Shown: positions 51,701 through 60,941, counted from the first letter of the stretch. The stretch: 64,000 bases of DNA from an uncultured Gemmataceae bacterium (GCA_963750165.1 CAVVPN010000011.1:608001-672000), one strand, 5' to 3'. Notes: generated by a model from the letters alone, not told the origin. Numbers and translations are program-made.

Positions 51701-51716
51701 GGACCGGGAGGTGCCG

Positions 51717-52604
51717 ATGATTCTGGGCATCGATCCCAAGGTCGATTACGCCTTCAAGCATCTGCTGGGCCGCGAGTCCACGCGCGACCTGTTGATCGAC
51801 GTGATCGACCGGGTACTGAACGCCGCGCCGGGCCACCAGATTCAAGAACTGGAACTGCTCAACCCGTTCAACCCAAAGGAGACGCTGGACGACAAGCTGT
51901 CGATCCTGGACGTCAAGGCGCGCGACCAGTCCGGCCGGCAGTTCAACGTCGAAATGCAAATGCTCGCCCACCGGCACTACGAGAAGCGCATCCTGTACTA
52001 CGCCTGCAAATTGCACCAGCAACAACTGCACGAGGGCCAGGATTACCTGGAGCTGCGGCCGACCATTTCGATCAGCTTCCTGGACCACGTGCTGTTCCCG
52101 CAGGCGCCGGACTATCACCTGCACTTTCGGCTGCAGGACGAGGCGCACCACGTCGTTCTGTCGGAAGACATCGAATTTCACCTGCTGGAATTGCCGAAAT
52201 TTACAAAGTCGGCGGCGGAGCTGACAACGGACCTGGACCGCTGGCTGTATTTACTGCGCCACGCCGCCAACGTGGACACAGACGCGGTGCCCGCGCCGCT
52301 GCAGCGGCCGCTAATTTTGCGGGCTTTGGAGGAACTGAAAGTGTTGACGCAATCTGACCTGGAGCGCGAGCGCTACGAGGCGCGGCGCAAGTGGCAGCTG
52401 GACTACAACACGGGCCTGAAGGTGGCCCGCATGGAAGGCCTCGAAGAGGGCGAACAGATCGGCCGAATTCAGCTGTGCGAGCAGTTGCTGCAACGGCCGG
52501 TGACGCCGCGCGAGCAACTGGCAGCGCTGACACTGGCGGACTTGACGCGCCTGGCGGCTGATTTACAAACCCAGGTGTTGCAGCAGCGCAACCCCACGAG
52601 TTGA
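51717..52604 (+). CDS. Rpn-family PD-(D/E)XK nuclease (recombination-promoting nuclease/putative transposase)
   Basis: DPKVDYAFK, SILDVKA, NVEMQ, RILYY, LELPKF, WLYLL, EGLEEG. Confidence 0.92.
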   Translation: MILGIDPKVDYAFKHLLGRESTRDLLIDVIDRVLNAAPGHQIQELELLNPFNPKETLDDKLSILDVKARDQSGRQFNVEMQMLAHRHYEKRILYYACKLHQQQLHEGQDYLELRPTISISFLDHVLFPQAPDYHLHFRLQDEAHHVVLSEDIEFHLLELPKFTKSAAELTTDLDRWLYLLRHAANVDTDAVPAPLQRPLILRALEELKVLTQSDLERERYEARRKWQLDYNTGLKVARMEGLEEGEQIGRIQLCEQLLQRPVTPREQLAALTLADLTRLAADLQTQVLQQRNPTS

Positions 52605-52654
52605 CTGCTGCCGTTGGCCGGCGATGCGCGAGAGCCACAAATTCGCCCCCCTCC

Positions 52655-52918
52655 GAGGACCTGAAAGCAGTGTCACCAAACAATCGATTGCGCGAGGGCT
52701 AGGAAGCGCGGCGCAAAGTGTTACTGGATTTCAAAGCAGAAATGGATGCCGTTCGCGCGAACGGTCGCGAAGACGGCGAACAGATCGGCAGAATCCAGTT
52801 GTGCGAGCAGTTGCTGCAACGGCCGGTGACGCCGCGCGAGCGGTTGGCGTCCCTGTCCCTGGAGGACTTGACCCGGGTGGCGGACGATTTGCAAGCCCAG
52901 GTGCTGCGGCAGCGCTAA
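52655..52918 (+). pseudogene. Second, divergent Rpn C-terminal segment with one in-frame TAG
   Basis: EDLKAVSPNNRLREG*EARRKVLLDF...GEQIGRIQLCEQLLQRPVTPRE aligns gap-free with the Rpn C-terminus. Confidence 0.85.
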
Positions 52919-52974
52919 TGGCCTGCGGGTCAGAAGCACCCGTGCGACCGGCGAGCAGCCGGCCGCCGGCTAAG

Positions 52975-53058
52975 TGCCGGGGGCGGGACTCGAACCCGCA
53001 CGGTCTTGCGACCACAGGATCCTAAATCCTGGGTGTCTACCAGTTCCACCACCCCGGC
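52975..53058 (-). tRNA. tRNA-Leu (anticodon TAG)
   Basis: GCCGGGG acceptor stem, TGGTAGAC D-loop, CAGGA-TTTAGGA-TCCTG anticodon arm, long variable arm, GGTTCGAGTCC; CCA not encoded. Confidence 0.95.
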
Positions 53059-53185
53059 CTGCGCCGCCGCTCCGCCATTCTAGCAGCCGACCCGGCCCTC
53101 GCAACCGTCCCGGCCCGGCGGCAGTTCCATTTCGGCCGCGTTTCCCTATCCTCAACCCACAACCACACCCCGGAGACGCGCTCTG

Positions 53186-54571
53186 ATGCACGCCGACGTT
53201 CCCACCACCCCGGTTGCCGCCGACCCCAGTGGCCGGCCCTGGTATCGCGAACTGAGCCGCTACCACTGGTTCGTCCTGACCGTCGCCGCCCTCGGCTGGC
53301 TGTTCGACTGCCTGGACCAGCAGCTCTTTAACCTGGCGCGCAACCCGGCGGTGACGGAATTGCTCGGCACCGGGACCGACCGCCTGGTGATCGACCGCAC
53401 CAGTGGATACGTCACCTCGATCTTCATCCTCGGCTGGGCGACGGGCGGCCTGGTGTTCGGCATCCTCGGCGACCGCATCGGCCGCGCCCGCACCATGCTG
53501 CTGACCATTCTCATCTACTCGCTCTGCACCGGCCTGAGCGCCCTGTCCTGGGACATCTGGTCGTTCTCGTTCTTCCGCTTCGTGACCGGCCTGGGCGTGG
53601 GCGGCGAGTTCGCGGTCGGCGTGGCGCTGGTGGCCGAGGTCATGCCCGACCGGGCCCGGCCGCACGCCCTGGGCTGGCTGCAAACGCTGTCCGCCGTCGG
53701 CAACATCGCCGCCGCCCTGATCAACATCAGTCTCGGCGTCGCCGAGGGCGAGGGCATGCTCGGCGGCTGGACGCCGTGGCGCATCATGTTCGTGATCGGG
53801 GCGCTGCCGGCACTGCTGGCCATCCTGGTGCGCTGGCGGCTCCAGGAACCGGCCCGCTGGCAGCAGGTCGTGGCCGAGACGGGCGAGCAGCGCAAGGCCG
53901 GCTCCATGAAAGAACTGCTCGGCGACCCGACCTGGCGGCGGCACGCGCTGGTGGGCCTGGGGTTAGCCATTCCGGGGGTCGTCGGCTTGTGGGGCATCGG
54001 CTTTTTCAGCTTCGATTTCGTCCGCGCTGTGTTCCGGCGCACGTACGAGGCGGAAGGGCTCAGCCAGGAAGTCATTCGCGGCAAGTTGACGATGCTGGTC
54101 GGCGTCGTCTCCGTGCTGCAAAACCTGGGCGGCGCGCTGGGGATCTACCTGTTCAAGGTCTTCACACAGCACAGCGGCCGCCGGCCGGCGTTCGCGGTGG
54201 CGTTCGTGCTCGCCATCCTCAGCACCGCCGGCACCTTCTGGTTCCTGAACGATTACTACGACGTCTTCTGGATGATCCCCCTGATGGGCTTTTGCCAGCT
54301 CACCCTGTTCGGCGGCTACGCCATCTACTTCCCGGAGTTGTTCCCCACCCGACTGCGCAGCACGGGCACGTCGTTTTGCTACAACGTCGGCCGCTTCGTC
54401 GCCGCGCTCGGGCCGCTGACGATGGGCGAGTTGATCAATACGGTCTTCGGCCACCACGGCCAGATCATGGCGTGGCGCTACACCGGCGTGACGATGTGCG
54501 CCGTCTTCCTCATCGGCTTGATGGTGCTGCCGTTCGCCCCGGAGACCCGCGGCAAACCGCTGCCGGAATGA
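53186..54571 (+). CDS. MFS transporter
   Basis: GILGDRIGRAR motif A, GLGVGGEF, PELFPTRLRSTG, PETRG. Confidence 0.94.
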   Translation: MHADVPTTPVAADPSGRPWYRELSRYHWFVLTVAALGWLFDCLDQQLFNLARNPAVTELLGTGTDRLVIDRTSGYVTSIFILGWATGGLVFGILGDRIGRARTMLLTILIYSLCTGLSALSWDIWSFSFFRFVTGLGVGGEFAVGVALVAEVMPDRARPHALGWLQTLSAVGNIAAALINISLGVAEGEGMLGGWTPWRIMFVIGALPALLAILVRWRLQEPARWQQVVAETGEQRKAGSMKELLGDPTWRRHALVGLGLAIPGVVGLWGIGFFSFDFVRAVFRRTYEAEGLSQEVIRGKLTMLVGVVSVLQNLGGALGIYLFKVFTQHSGRRPAFAVAFVLAILSTAGTFWFLNDYYDVFWMIPLMGFCQLTLFGGYAIYFPELFPTRLRSTGTSFCYNVGRFVAALGPLTMGELINTVFGHHGQIMAWRYTGVTMCAVFLIGLMVLPFAPETRGKPLPE

Positions 54572-54607
54572 ACCCGGCACCGGGTCGCAGCGTATCAGGA
54601 AGAAGGT

Positions 54608-54703
54608 TCACCACAAAGACACGGAGGACACAAAGGAAAAGGCAAAGAAAGAATTGAATTGATTAATCTTTTTCCTTTGTGTCCTCCGTGTCTTTGTGGC
54701 GAA
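54608..54703. repeat. Nonamer-repeat hairpin
   Basis: TTCACCACAAAGACACGGAGGACACAAAGG...CCTTTGTGTCCTCCGTGTCTTTGTGGCGAA. Confidence 0.85.
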
Positions 54704-54707
54704 TACC

Positions 54708-55658
54708 TCAGTTGCACTCGGCCACGAGGGGCGTCGCCAGTTCGCTGAGGTAGAACAGTCGCCCCGGCAGCGTCGGCATGAACGAGCTGGGGATCCACGG
54801 CGTCGGCTCGTGCAGCAGCGTCATCCGCAACGACAGGCCCTGCCACTGCATGCCGCGGCCCAGCACTCCGTCGGCGCCGCCGATGGCGCGGTCGGCCGAC
54901 AGGAACAGGGCCGGCCCGATCGTGTTGGCGTACGCCGGCACCAGCGTTGTGCGGCTCTTGAAGCTGGTGATCGCGTTCTGCTCCACCGTCAACGGGTGCA
55001 GTCGGGCGCCCAGACGGTGCGTCTGCTGCTTCCAGGCCGCCGTGTCCGCGAACTCCGCGGCGAAGTGCGGCTCCCAGAAGGCGATGTGACAGACGCGGCC
55101 GATGCCGTACACCGTCACCAGCTTCGCCCCTTGTTTCTTCAGGTCCGCGAGCTGGGCGGCATAGGTCGGCAACTCATCCTTCAGAGCGAAGTGCCGCTGT
55201 CTGGGCGGCACCGTGCCGCGGCCGAGCGGGCCGTAAAACGCCTGCTCCATCGCGTACTGGAAGGCGCCGCGGTTGTCCGGCGGCAGCGTGTTGCCCTGGG
55301 CGTCCGACCATTCGTCCATGTTGAAGCCGTGAACATGGTCGCAGCCGACACCCCACTCGCTCAGGAAGTAGACCGCCCAGCGGTACATGCCCATCGGCCC
55401 GACTGGCAAGATGAGCGCCAGCGGCCGGCCAGCAACGCGGGCCAGCTGGATTTCGCGGGCGATTTCGTGGCCCATGTAGGTGTCGAAGTCCGCGACGCTG
55501 GCACAGGCCACCGGCTCGAACTGCGGGTGCCACCACGGACAGCGCCGCGCCAGGTCCGCCTGAGCCACGGCGCCGAGGCGGTCGATTTTTTGCAGGTCCC
55601 AGCCGGCCGGGAAGAAGCCTTCCAGCAGCGAGCCGGCCATCGTGGTGAGCAGGTTCAT
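54708..55658 (-). CDS. NagB/glucosamine-6-phosphate isomerase-like protein
   Basis: [25 protein letters not shown]. Confidence 0.8.
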   Translation of the reverse strand: MNLLTTMAGSLLEGFFPAGWDLQKIDRLGAVAQADLARRCPWWHPQFEPVACASVADFDTYMGHEIAREIQLARVAGRPLALILPVGPMGMYRWAVYFLSEWGVGCDHVHGFNMDEWSDAQGNTLPPDNRGAFQYAMEQAFYGPLGRGTVPPRQRHFALKDELPTYAAQLADLKKQGAKLVTVYGIGRVCHIAFWEPHFAAEFADTAAWKQQTHRLGARLHPLTVEQNAITSFKSRTTLVPAYANTIGPALFLSADRAIGGADGVLGRGMQWQGLSLRMTLLHEPTPWIPSSFMPTLPGRLFYLSELATPLVAECN

Positions 55659-55865
55659 GGGGTCTCTCAACAAGGAGGAAGATCGTGCGGCGCCTGTGTC
55701 AGACAGGTATATGCGCCGCGCCTCGGTTCGCCACGCCCCCCGGCGGCGGGAGTTTGGCGCGGGGCTTGTTTTTGGGCCGCCACCTTATACAAAGAAGAAA
55801 TTCGCGTAGCGAACTGTTCCGTTTCACCGTGAAAGATACCGGCCAGTGCCGGGAGGAAGAACCCG

Positions 55866-56840
55866 ATGATGCGCGTGTTTTGGCGGGGCTGTCTGGTGGT
55901 CGCGGCGGTCCTGGGGATGACCGTGTCCGCCTCCGCCCAGGAAAAGCTGGTCTGGAAGGCCTTCGACTCCAAGCAGCCTTTCTACCAGGAGATGACCACC
56001 GAAACGAATCAGAAAATGACCGTCATGGGCATGGAGGTCAACCAGACGCAGAACCAGACCTTCTACCTGCAGTGGACGCCCCTGACCGACAAGAGCACCA
56101 AGGACACCTGGGTGGTCGAGCAGAAGATCATCGGCGTCAAGATGAACATCAACATTGGCGGCAACAATATCTCCTACGACTCCACCGCCAAGGACCAGCC
56201 GCAGAACCCGTTGACCGACTTCTTCAAGGCCCTGACCAGCAAGGAAGCCAAGTTCATCCTCACCATCAACAAGGATGACATGAAGGTGACCAAGATCGAA
56301 GGCCGCAAGGAGTTCATCGACGAGCTCATCAAGTCCAACCAGCAGCTGGACACGCTGCTCAAGCAGATCCTCAGCGAGGACGCGCTCAAGCAGATGGCCG
56401 ACCCGACCTTCGCCGCCATCCCGCCCAAGGGCGAGATTCCCAAGAGCGGCACCTGGGAGAAGAAGGACGTCATCCTGAACATGGGCCCGATCGGCACCTA
56501 CGAAACCAGCTACACCTACAAGGTGGACACGAAGACTCTCGCCGACAAGTTCAAGCAGGGCAAGGTGACCATCGACATGAGTGTGACGATGAAATACAAG
56601 GCCCCCGACGCCAAGAGCGGGGCGCTGCCCTTCACCATCAAGGAAGGCAAACTCGACGGCAAGAGCAAGGAAGGCAAGATCGTCTTCGACGTGACCAATG
56701 GCCGCATTGAAACCATGGACCTGACGCTGGACCTGGACGGCTCGCTCACCATCGAGATCGCCGGCCAGCCCACCACGGTCACCCTCAAGCAGACGCAGAA
56801 AACGACCCTGAAGACCCTGGAAAAGAGCCCCCTCCCGTAA
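55866..56840 (+). CDS. Exported Lys/Thr-rich beta protein (DUF6263-like)
   Basis: Signal peptide; ISYDST, IVFDVTNGR; strong GC3 bias. Confidence 0.75.
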   Translation: MMRVFWRGCLVVAAVLGMTVSASAQEKLVWKAFDSKQPFYQEMTTETNQKMTVMGMEVNQTQNQTFYLQWTPLTDKSTKDTWVVEQKIIGVKMNINIGGNNISYDSTAKDQPQNPLTDFFKALTSKEAKFILTINKDDMKVTKIEGRKEFIDELIKSNQQLDTLLKQILSEDALKQMADPTFAAIPPKGEIPKSGTWEKKDVILNMGPIGTYETSYTYKVDTKTLADKFKQGKVTIDMSVTMKYKAPDAKSGALPFTIKEGKLDGKSKEGKIVFDVTNGRIETMDLTLDLDGSLTIEIAGQPTTVTLKQTQKTTLKTLEKSPLP

Positions 56841-56850
56841 CTGGACCCGT

Positions 56851-56932
56851 TTGCGGATGGGTGGAGCGGAAGTCGCCAGACTTTCGTCCGGTGCTCCTCG
56901 GAAGTCTGGCGATTTCCGCTCCACCCATCCGC
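56851..56932. repeat. REP-like doublet, same family as 3141-3224
   Basis: GGGTGGAGCGGAAGTCGCCAGACTT...GAAGTCTGGCGATTTCCGCTCCACCC. Confidence 0.85.
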
Positions 56933-56939
56933 GCTGGTT

Positions 56940-58352
56940 TTACCGCCGCTCCAGTTGCGCCAGCCGTTGCTCCCAGTCCGCACAGACCGCCAGCGTCCGC
57001 GCCTCCGCGGCGCCGGTGTAGTTGGCCGGGTCGTCCAGCACTGCCCGCTGCTGCGGCGTCAGCCGTTGAAAATACGCCGCCACCGTTTTGTCCGCGCGGA
57101 TCACCTGGTTGAGCGGCACCCGCTGCGCCCGCGCCTGCTGGGCCAGCACCCGCGCCTGCTCGTGCGCGTCGGGGTGGCCGGCCAGCGACAGCAGCACGTA
57201 CAGCGGCTCCGCCACCACCGGATCCTTGCCACCCTCCAATATTTCCGCCATGCGGCGCACGTCCGCCTCCACGCCGTCCAGCGTGCCGCTCAGCCGGTGG
57301 ACGCCATAGGCGAACGCCGTCACGAACTCCGTCACGAAGCGCATCGACGCCGAGTTGGTCAGGTCGCGCTGGTGCTCGGAAATCTGATCCAGCAACACCG
57401 TCTGCAACCGCGGCACATACGCCTTCCACAAACTCTTGACGTTCTCGAAATCCTTGGGGTTGACCTTGTGCGGCATCGTCGAGGAACCGACGACCTGTGT
57501 GCCGGGGTCGCTCTCCTTGCGGTCGCGGATTTCGTGGATTTCGCTGCGCTGCAGGTTGCGGCCGTCGTCGGCGAGGTTGGCCAGCACGCCCCAGCAGGAC
57601 GCCAGGGCGTACACGAAGTCGGCGACGTACTCCGGCTGCACAATCTGGCTGGAAATCTCCGGCGCCGCCAGGCCGAGCTTCGTCATCAGGGCCGCTTCCA
57701 GTTCCTCGGGATGTTCCGGCCGCAGCAGCGCCAGGGCGTTGTAGGCGCCGACGGCGCCGGCAAACTTGCCACGCAGGTTACCGGCGACGCGGACAAGCTG
57801 CTCCAGGCGCTGGCCGAGGCGCGAGACGTACAGCGCCAGTGCGAAGCCGAAGGTCAGCGGCACCGCGTGCTGACCGTGCGTGCGGCCCATCTGCTTCGTG
57901 GCCGCGTGCTGCCGGGCCAGGGCGATCAGCTGCCGCAGCAGCCGGGCCAGCGCCGGCACCAACACGGCGGCGGTCACGTCCTTCAGGCACAGCGCCCGGG
58001 CGGTGTCCATGATGTCAGCGGAGGTGGCGAACAGGTGGACGAACGGCCGGGCCGCCGGGCTGACGCGGTTGCGGACGCAGTTGACCAGCGCCCGCAGGTT
58101 GTGCTGGATGCGTCGCTCCTCCTCGTAGACCTCCTCGGCGGTAATCTGCTCACAGGCCTTGGCGATCTCCGCGGCGGCCGCTGCATTGCAAACGCCGTGG
58201 TCCGCCAGGGTCGCCGCCAGCGCCGCCTCGACGCGCGCCAGGTAGCGGACCTGCGCGGCCTCGGAGACGTAAGGGTGCAGGCGTTCGTAGAACGCGCGGT
58301 CGGCGAAGTAATAGCGGGCATCCAGCGGCGACGCGGCATCAAACGGATTCAT
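56940..58352 (-). CDS. purB: Adenylosuccinate lyase
   Basis: SPLDARY, ATSADI, GRTHGQHA, GSSTMPHKVNP, HQRDLTNS. Confidence 0.88.
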   Translation of the reverse strand: MNPFDAASPLDARYYFADRAFYERLHPYVSEAAQVRYLARVEAALAATLADHGVCNAAAAAEIAKACEQITAEEVYEEERRIQHNLRALVNCVRNRVSPAARPFVHLFATSADIMDTARALCLKDVTAAVLVPALARLLRQLIALARQHAATKQMGRTHGQHAVPLTFGFALALYVSRLGQRLEQLVRVAGNLRGKFAGAVGAYNALALLRPEHPEELEAALMTKLGLAAPEISSQIVQPEYVADFVYALASCWGVLANLADDGRNLQRSEIHEIRDRKESDPGTQVVGSSTMPHKVNPKDFENVKSLWKAYVPRLQTVLLDQISEHQRDLTNSASMRFVTEFVTAFAYGVHRLSGTLDGVEADVRRMAEILEGGKDPVVAEPLYVLLSLAGHPDAHEQARVLAQQARAQRVPLNQVIRADKTVAAYFQRLTPQQRAVLDDPANYTGAAEARTLAVCADWEQRLAQLERR

Positions 58353-58614
58353 CGCGGTCACTCGGGTCAGGGATGGCGAGGGTGTCGGCCCCGGCATTCT
58401 AGAGCGTTTCGCGTCCAGGTGTAGCGGTCTGGTGTTGAGCCCCGCAGCGGCGACAGCCAATCGCCAGGGCCGTCAGGCCCTGGAACGCAACGGGGGGCGC
58501 GGCCGCGGACTCCGCGAAAAATGTGCTACGATGCTTGCGAGCGGTAAATTCGTCGGTTATTTAATACACCTGTCACCACAAAATCACCAACCACCCCTTC
58601 CAGGAGGCACCGCG

Positions 58615-60064
58615 ATGGCGACCGTGAAAGCGTGGAAAGTCGGCGACAACAGCGCGCACCGCTTTCCCGGACGACTTTGAGATTGTCAAGAAAGCGGTCC
58701 TGCAAGTTACCGATATCAAGACCAACCACAACAAGTATTACGCCATCGAGCTGCACAAGGGCACCATCAAGGGCAAGACCCTTTTCCGCATCTACACGCA
58801 CTACGGCCGCACCGACGACCTGGAAACCAACCCCGACGCCGGCCAGAAAGAGTGCCGTTACTTCGACACCGTCGGCGAGGCGGACGCCAACTACCAGTCC
58901 ATTTACCGCGAGAAAACCGGGCCGCGCAAGGGCTATCGGGAGGTGGCGCTGGCGTCGAGCAAGATCGGCTCGCAGAAGGCACGCGGCACCAGCACCGGCG
59001 AGGTCGATGAGAAGACGCTGCAGCGCATCGCCGCCACGCAGAACGGCGGCGCCGCCCCGGCCGCGGTCGTCAAGCAGAGCAGTCTCGATCCGGGCGTGCA
59101 GCGCCTGGTGCGCTACATCTACGACGAGGCCACCAGCGCCCTGACCAGCACCGTCGCCGCCAAGATCACCGCCCAGGGCATTGAGACGCCGCTCGGCGTG
59201 TTGACCCTCGGACAGATCGACAAGGGCGATAAAATCCTGGCGGAAATGTACGACATCTTTGAGAAGAAGCCCAAGGGCTACCAGGCGAAGTTGGAAGCGC
59301 TGACGGGCGATTTTTACTCCGCCATCCCGCACCGCATTGGCCGCACCCGCGCCGCCATCGCCAGCTCCGTCATCGACAACCTGACCGCCTTCGAGCAGAA
59401 GCAATCGACGCTGCAACTCATGAAGGACATGTTGCAGGTCAATGGCGAGGGCGGCAGCGTCCTGTTCGACGCCAGGATCGACACCGAGTACGAGGCGCTG
59501 AAGTGCAACATCGGCTACCTCGATCCCAAGTTGTCGGAATACAAGGAACTCGCCGACCACGTTGTCAAGAGCCAGGTCAAGTCGAAGAGCATCAAGGTGC
59601 AGCACATCTACACGCTGAAGCGGCCCGACGAGTGGACGGCCTTTACCGAGCAGATGGACAACCACAAACTGCTGTTCCACGGCTCGCGCATTCAGAACTG
59701 GGTGGGCATCCTGTCGCGCGGCATCCTGCTGCCGAAGATCGTCGTGAGCATGGGCGTCAACCGCACGGACGCCGGCTGGCTGGGTCACGGCATCTACTTC
59801 GGCGACGCTGCCTGCACCAGCTTCTTTTACGCGACGCCCGGCCGCCACAAGACGCGCATGATCGCCATCGCGCGGGTCGCCCTCGGCAAGAAAAAGGAAT
59901 ACACCAAGATCACCTACGGTCTGAACAAGCCGCCCGATGGTTTCGACAGCTGCCACGGCGTCCGCAACAAGCCGGGCAAGCCGTCGGAGTTTGCTGACGA
60001 CGAGTATGTCATCTACACCAACCAGCAGCAGCGTCTTGAGTATTTGGTCGAAGTCACGGGGTAA
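58615..60064 (+). CDS. Poly(ADP-ribose) polymerase-like protein: WGR + PARP regulatory + catalytic domain (+1 frameshift ~58669)
   Basis: AGGAGG RBS; NHNKYYAIEL..YGR..KGY (WGR); PLGVL..FYSAIPH (regulatory); LLFHGS, GHGIYFG, DEYVIY (H-Y-E). Confidence 0.93.
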
Positions 60065-60177
60065 AATCCGAATACCGAATGTCGAAATCCGAAACAAATT
60101 CAAAATCCGAAGAGGAAAATTCAAAACGAAGAACCCGACACGCTGTTTCGGATTTCGGATTTCGAGATTCGAATTTG
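60064..60177. repeat. Heptamer (AAATCCG/TTTCGGA) inverted tandem repeat
   Basis: AAATCCGAATACCGAATGTCGAAATCCGAAAC...GTTTCGGATTTCGGATTTCGAGATTCG. Confidence 0.8.
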
Positions 60178-60194
60178 TTCTTGGGAGGAAAGCC

Positions 60195-60920
60195 ATGTTT
60201 GTACACGTGATCCTGGTGGATGTCAACAAGAAGATGGTCGATGCCTGGCGTTCCGTCTTCGAGGAAAACCCCGAAGTTGAGATCGTCCACGGCTCGATAC
60301 TGGATCAACCGGTCAGCGCCTGGGTGTCGCCGACCAACTCCAAGGGCAGCATGGATGGCGGCCTCGACGCCATCATCAAGAAGCACCTCGGCAGCAAGAT
60401 CGAGACGCGGCTGCAAAAGGAAATCCAGCTGCGCTACGGCGGCAACCTGCCGGTGGGCCACGCCATTAGCACGCCGACTGATCGGCCGCAGCCGCGTTAC
60501 CTGATTTCGACGCCGACCATGCGCACCTCGTCGGAGGACATCAGCGACACGCTCAACGTGGCGCTGGCGTGCGCCGCGGCGTTCCAGGCGGTCCACATCC
60601 AGAACCAGCAAGAACCGGGCGGCATCCGCTCGGTGGCGCTGCCGGGCCTCGGCGCCCAGACGGGCCGGGTGCCGGTGGAGATCTGCGCCGACCTGATGTG
60701 GACCGGCTACAATCTGTTCCGCGATGCCGAATTCCGCGACTTCGCCTCCGTCCGCGCCGCGCTGGAGGAGCAACTCGGCGATCTGGGGCCGACCAGCAAG
60801 AGCGCCAAGAAGAAGCTCACGGTGCCCAAGGGAATTGAGAAGCCCATGCCCCTGCCGCCCGAGCCGGCGCCCAAGCCGTCGAAAAAGGGACCGGACGTGG
60901 ATTTTGACGACTACGAGTAA
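60195..60920 (+). CDS. Macrodomain (ADP-ribose binding/hydrolase) protein
   Basis: GGAGG RBS; HGSI, VSPTNSKGSMDGGLD, TPTM, ALPGLGAQTG. Confidence 0.92.
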   Translation: MFVHVILVDVNKKMVDAWRSVFEENPEVEIVHGSILDQPVSAWVSPTNSKGSMDGGLDAIIKKHLGSKIETRLQKEIQLRYGGNLPVGHAISTPTDRPQPRYLISTPTMRTSSEDISDTLNVALACAAAFQAVHIQNQQEPGGIRSVALPGLGAQTGRVPVEICADLMWTGYNLFRDAEFRDFASVRAALEEQLGDLGPTSKSAKKKLTVPKGIEKPMPLPPEPAPKPSKKGPDVDFDDYE

Positions 60921-60941
60921 CGGAGGTCTGCTGCTGGCGGC

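Noticed and set aside
51717..52604. Rpn as the transposase that built the array
   Set aside because: No TIRs or TSD; Rpn proteins are not shown to transpose; it sits as the most distal cargo. A recombination-promoting role cannot be fully excluded.
47881..52918. Classical integron
   Set aside because: No IntI and the separators are gene-tail direct repeats, not attC palindromes.
52975..53058. tRNA-Leu as the attachment site of the island
   Set aside because: No duplicate of the tRNA 3' end was seen in the window.
58520..58600. WYL/LexA-type operator upstream of PARP
   Set aside because: AT-rich promoter-like region, but no convincing palindrome could be identified by eye.
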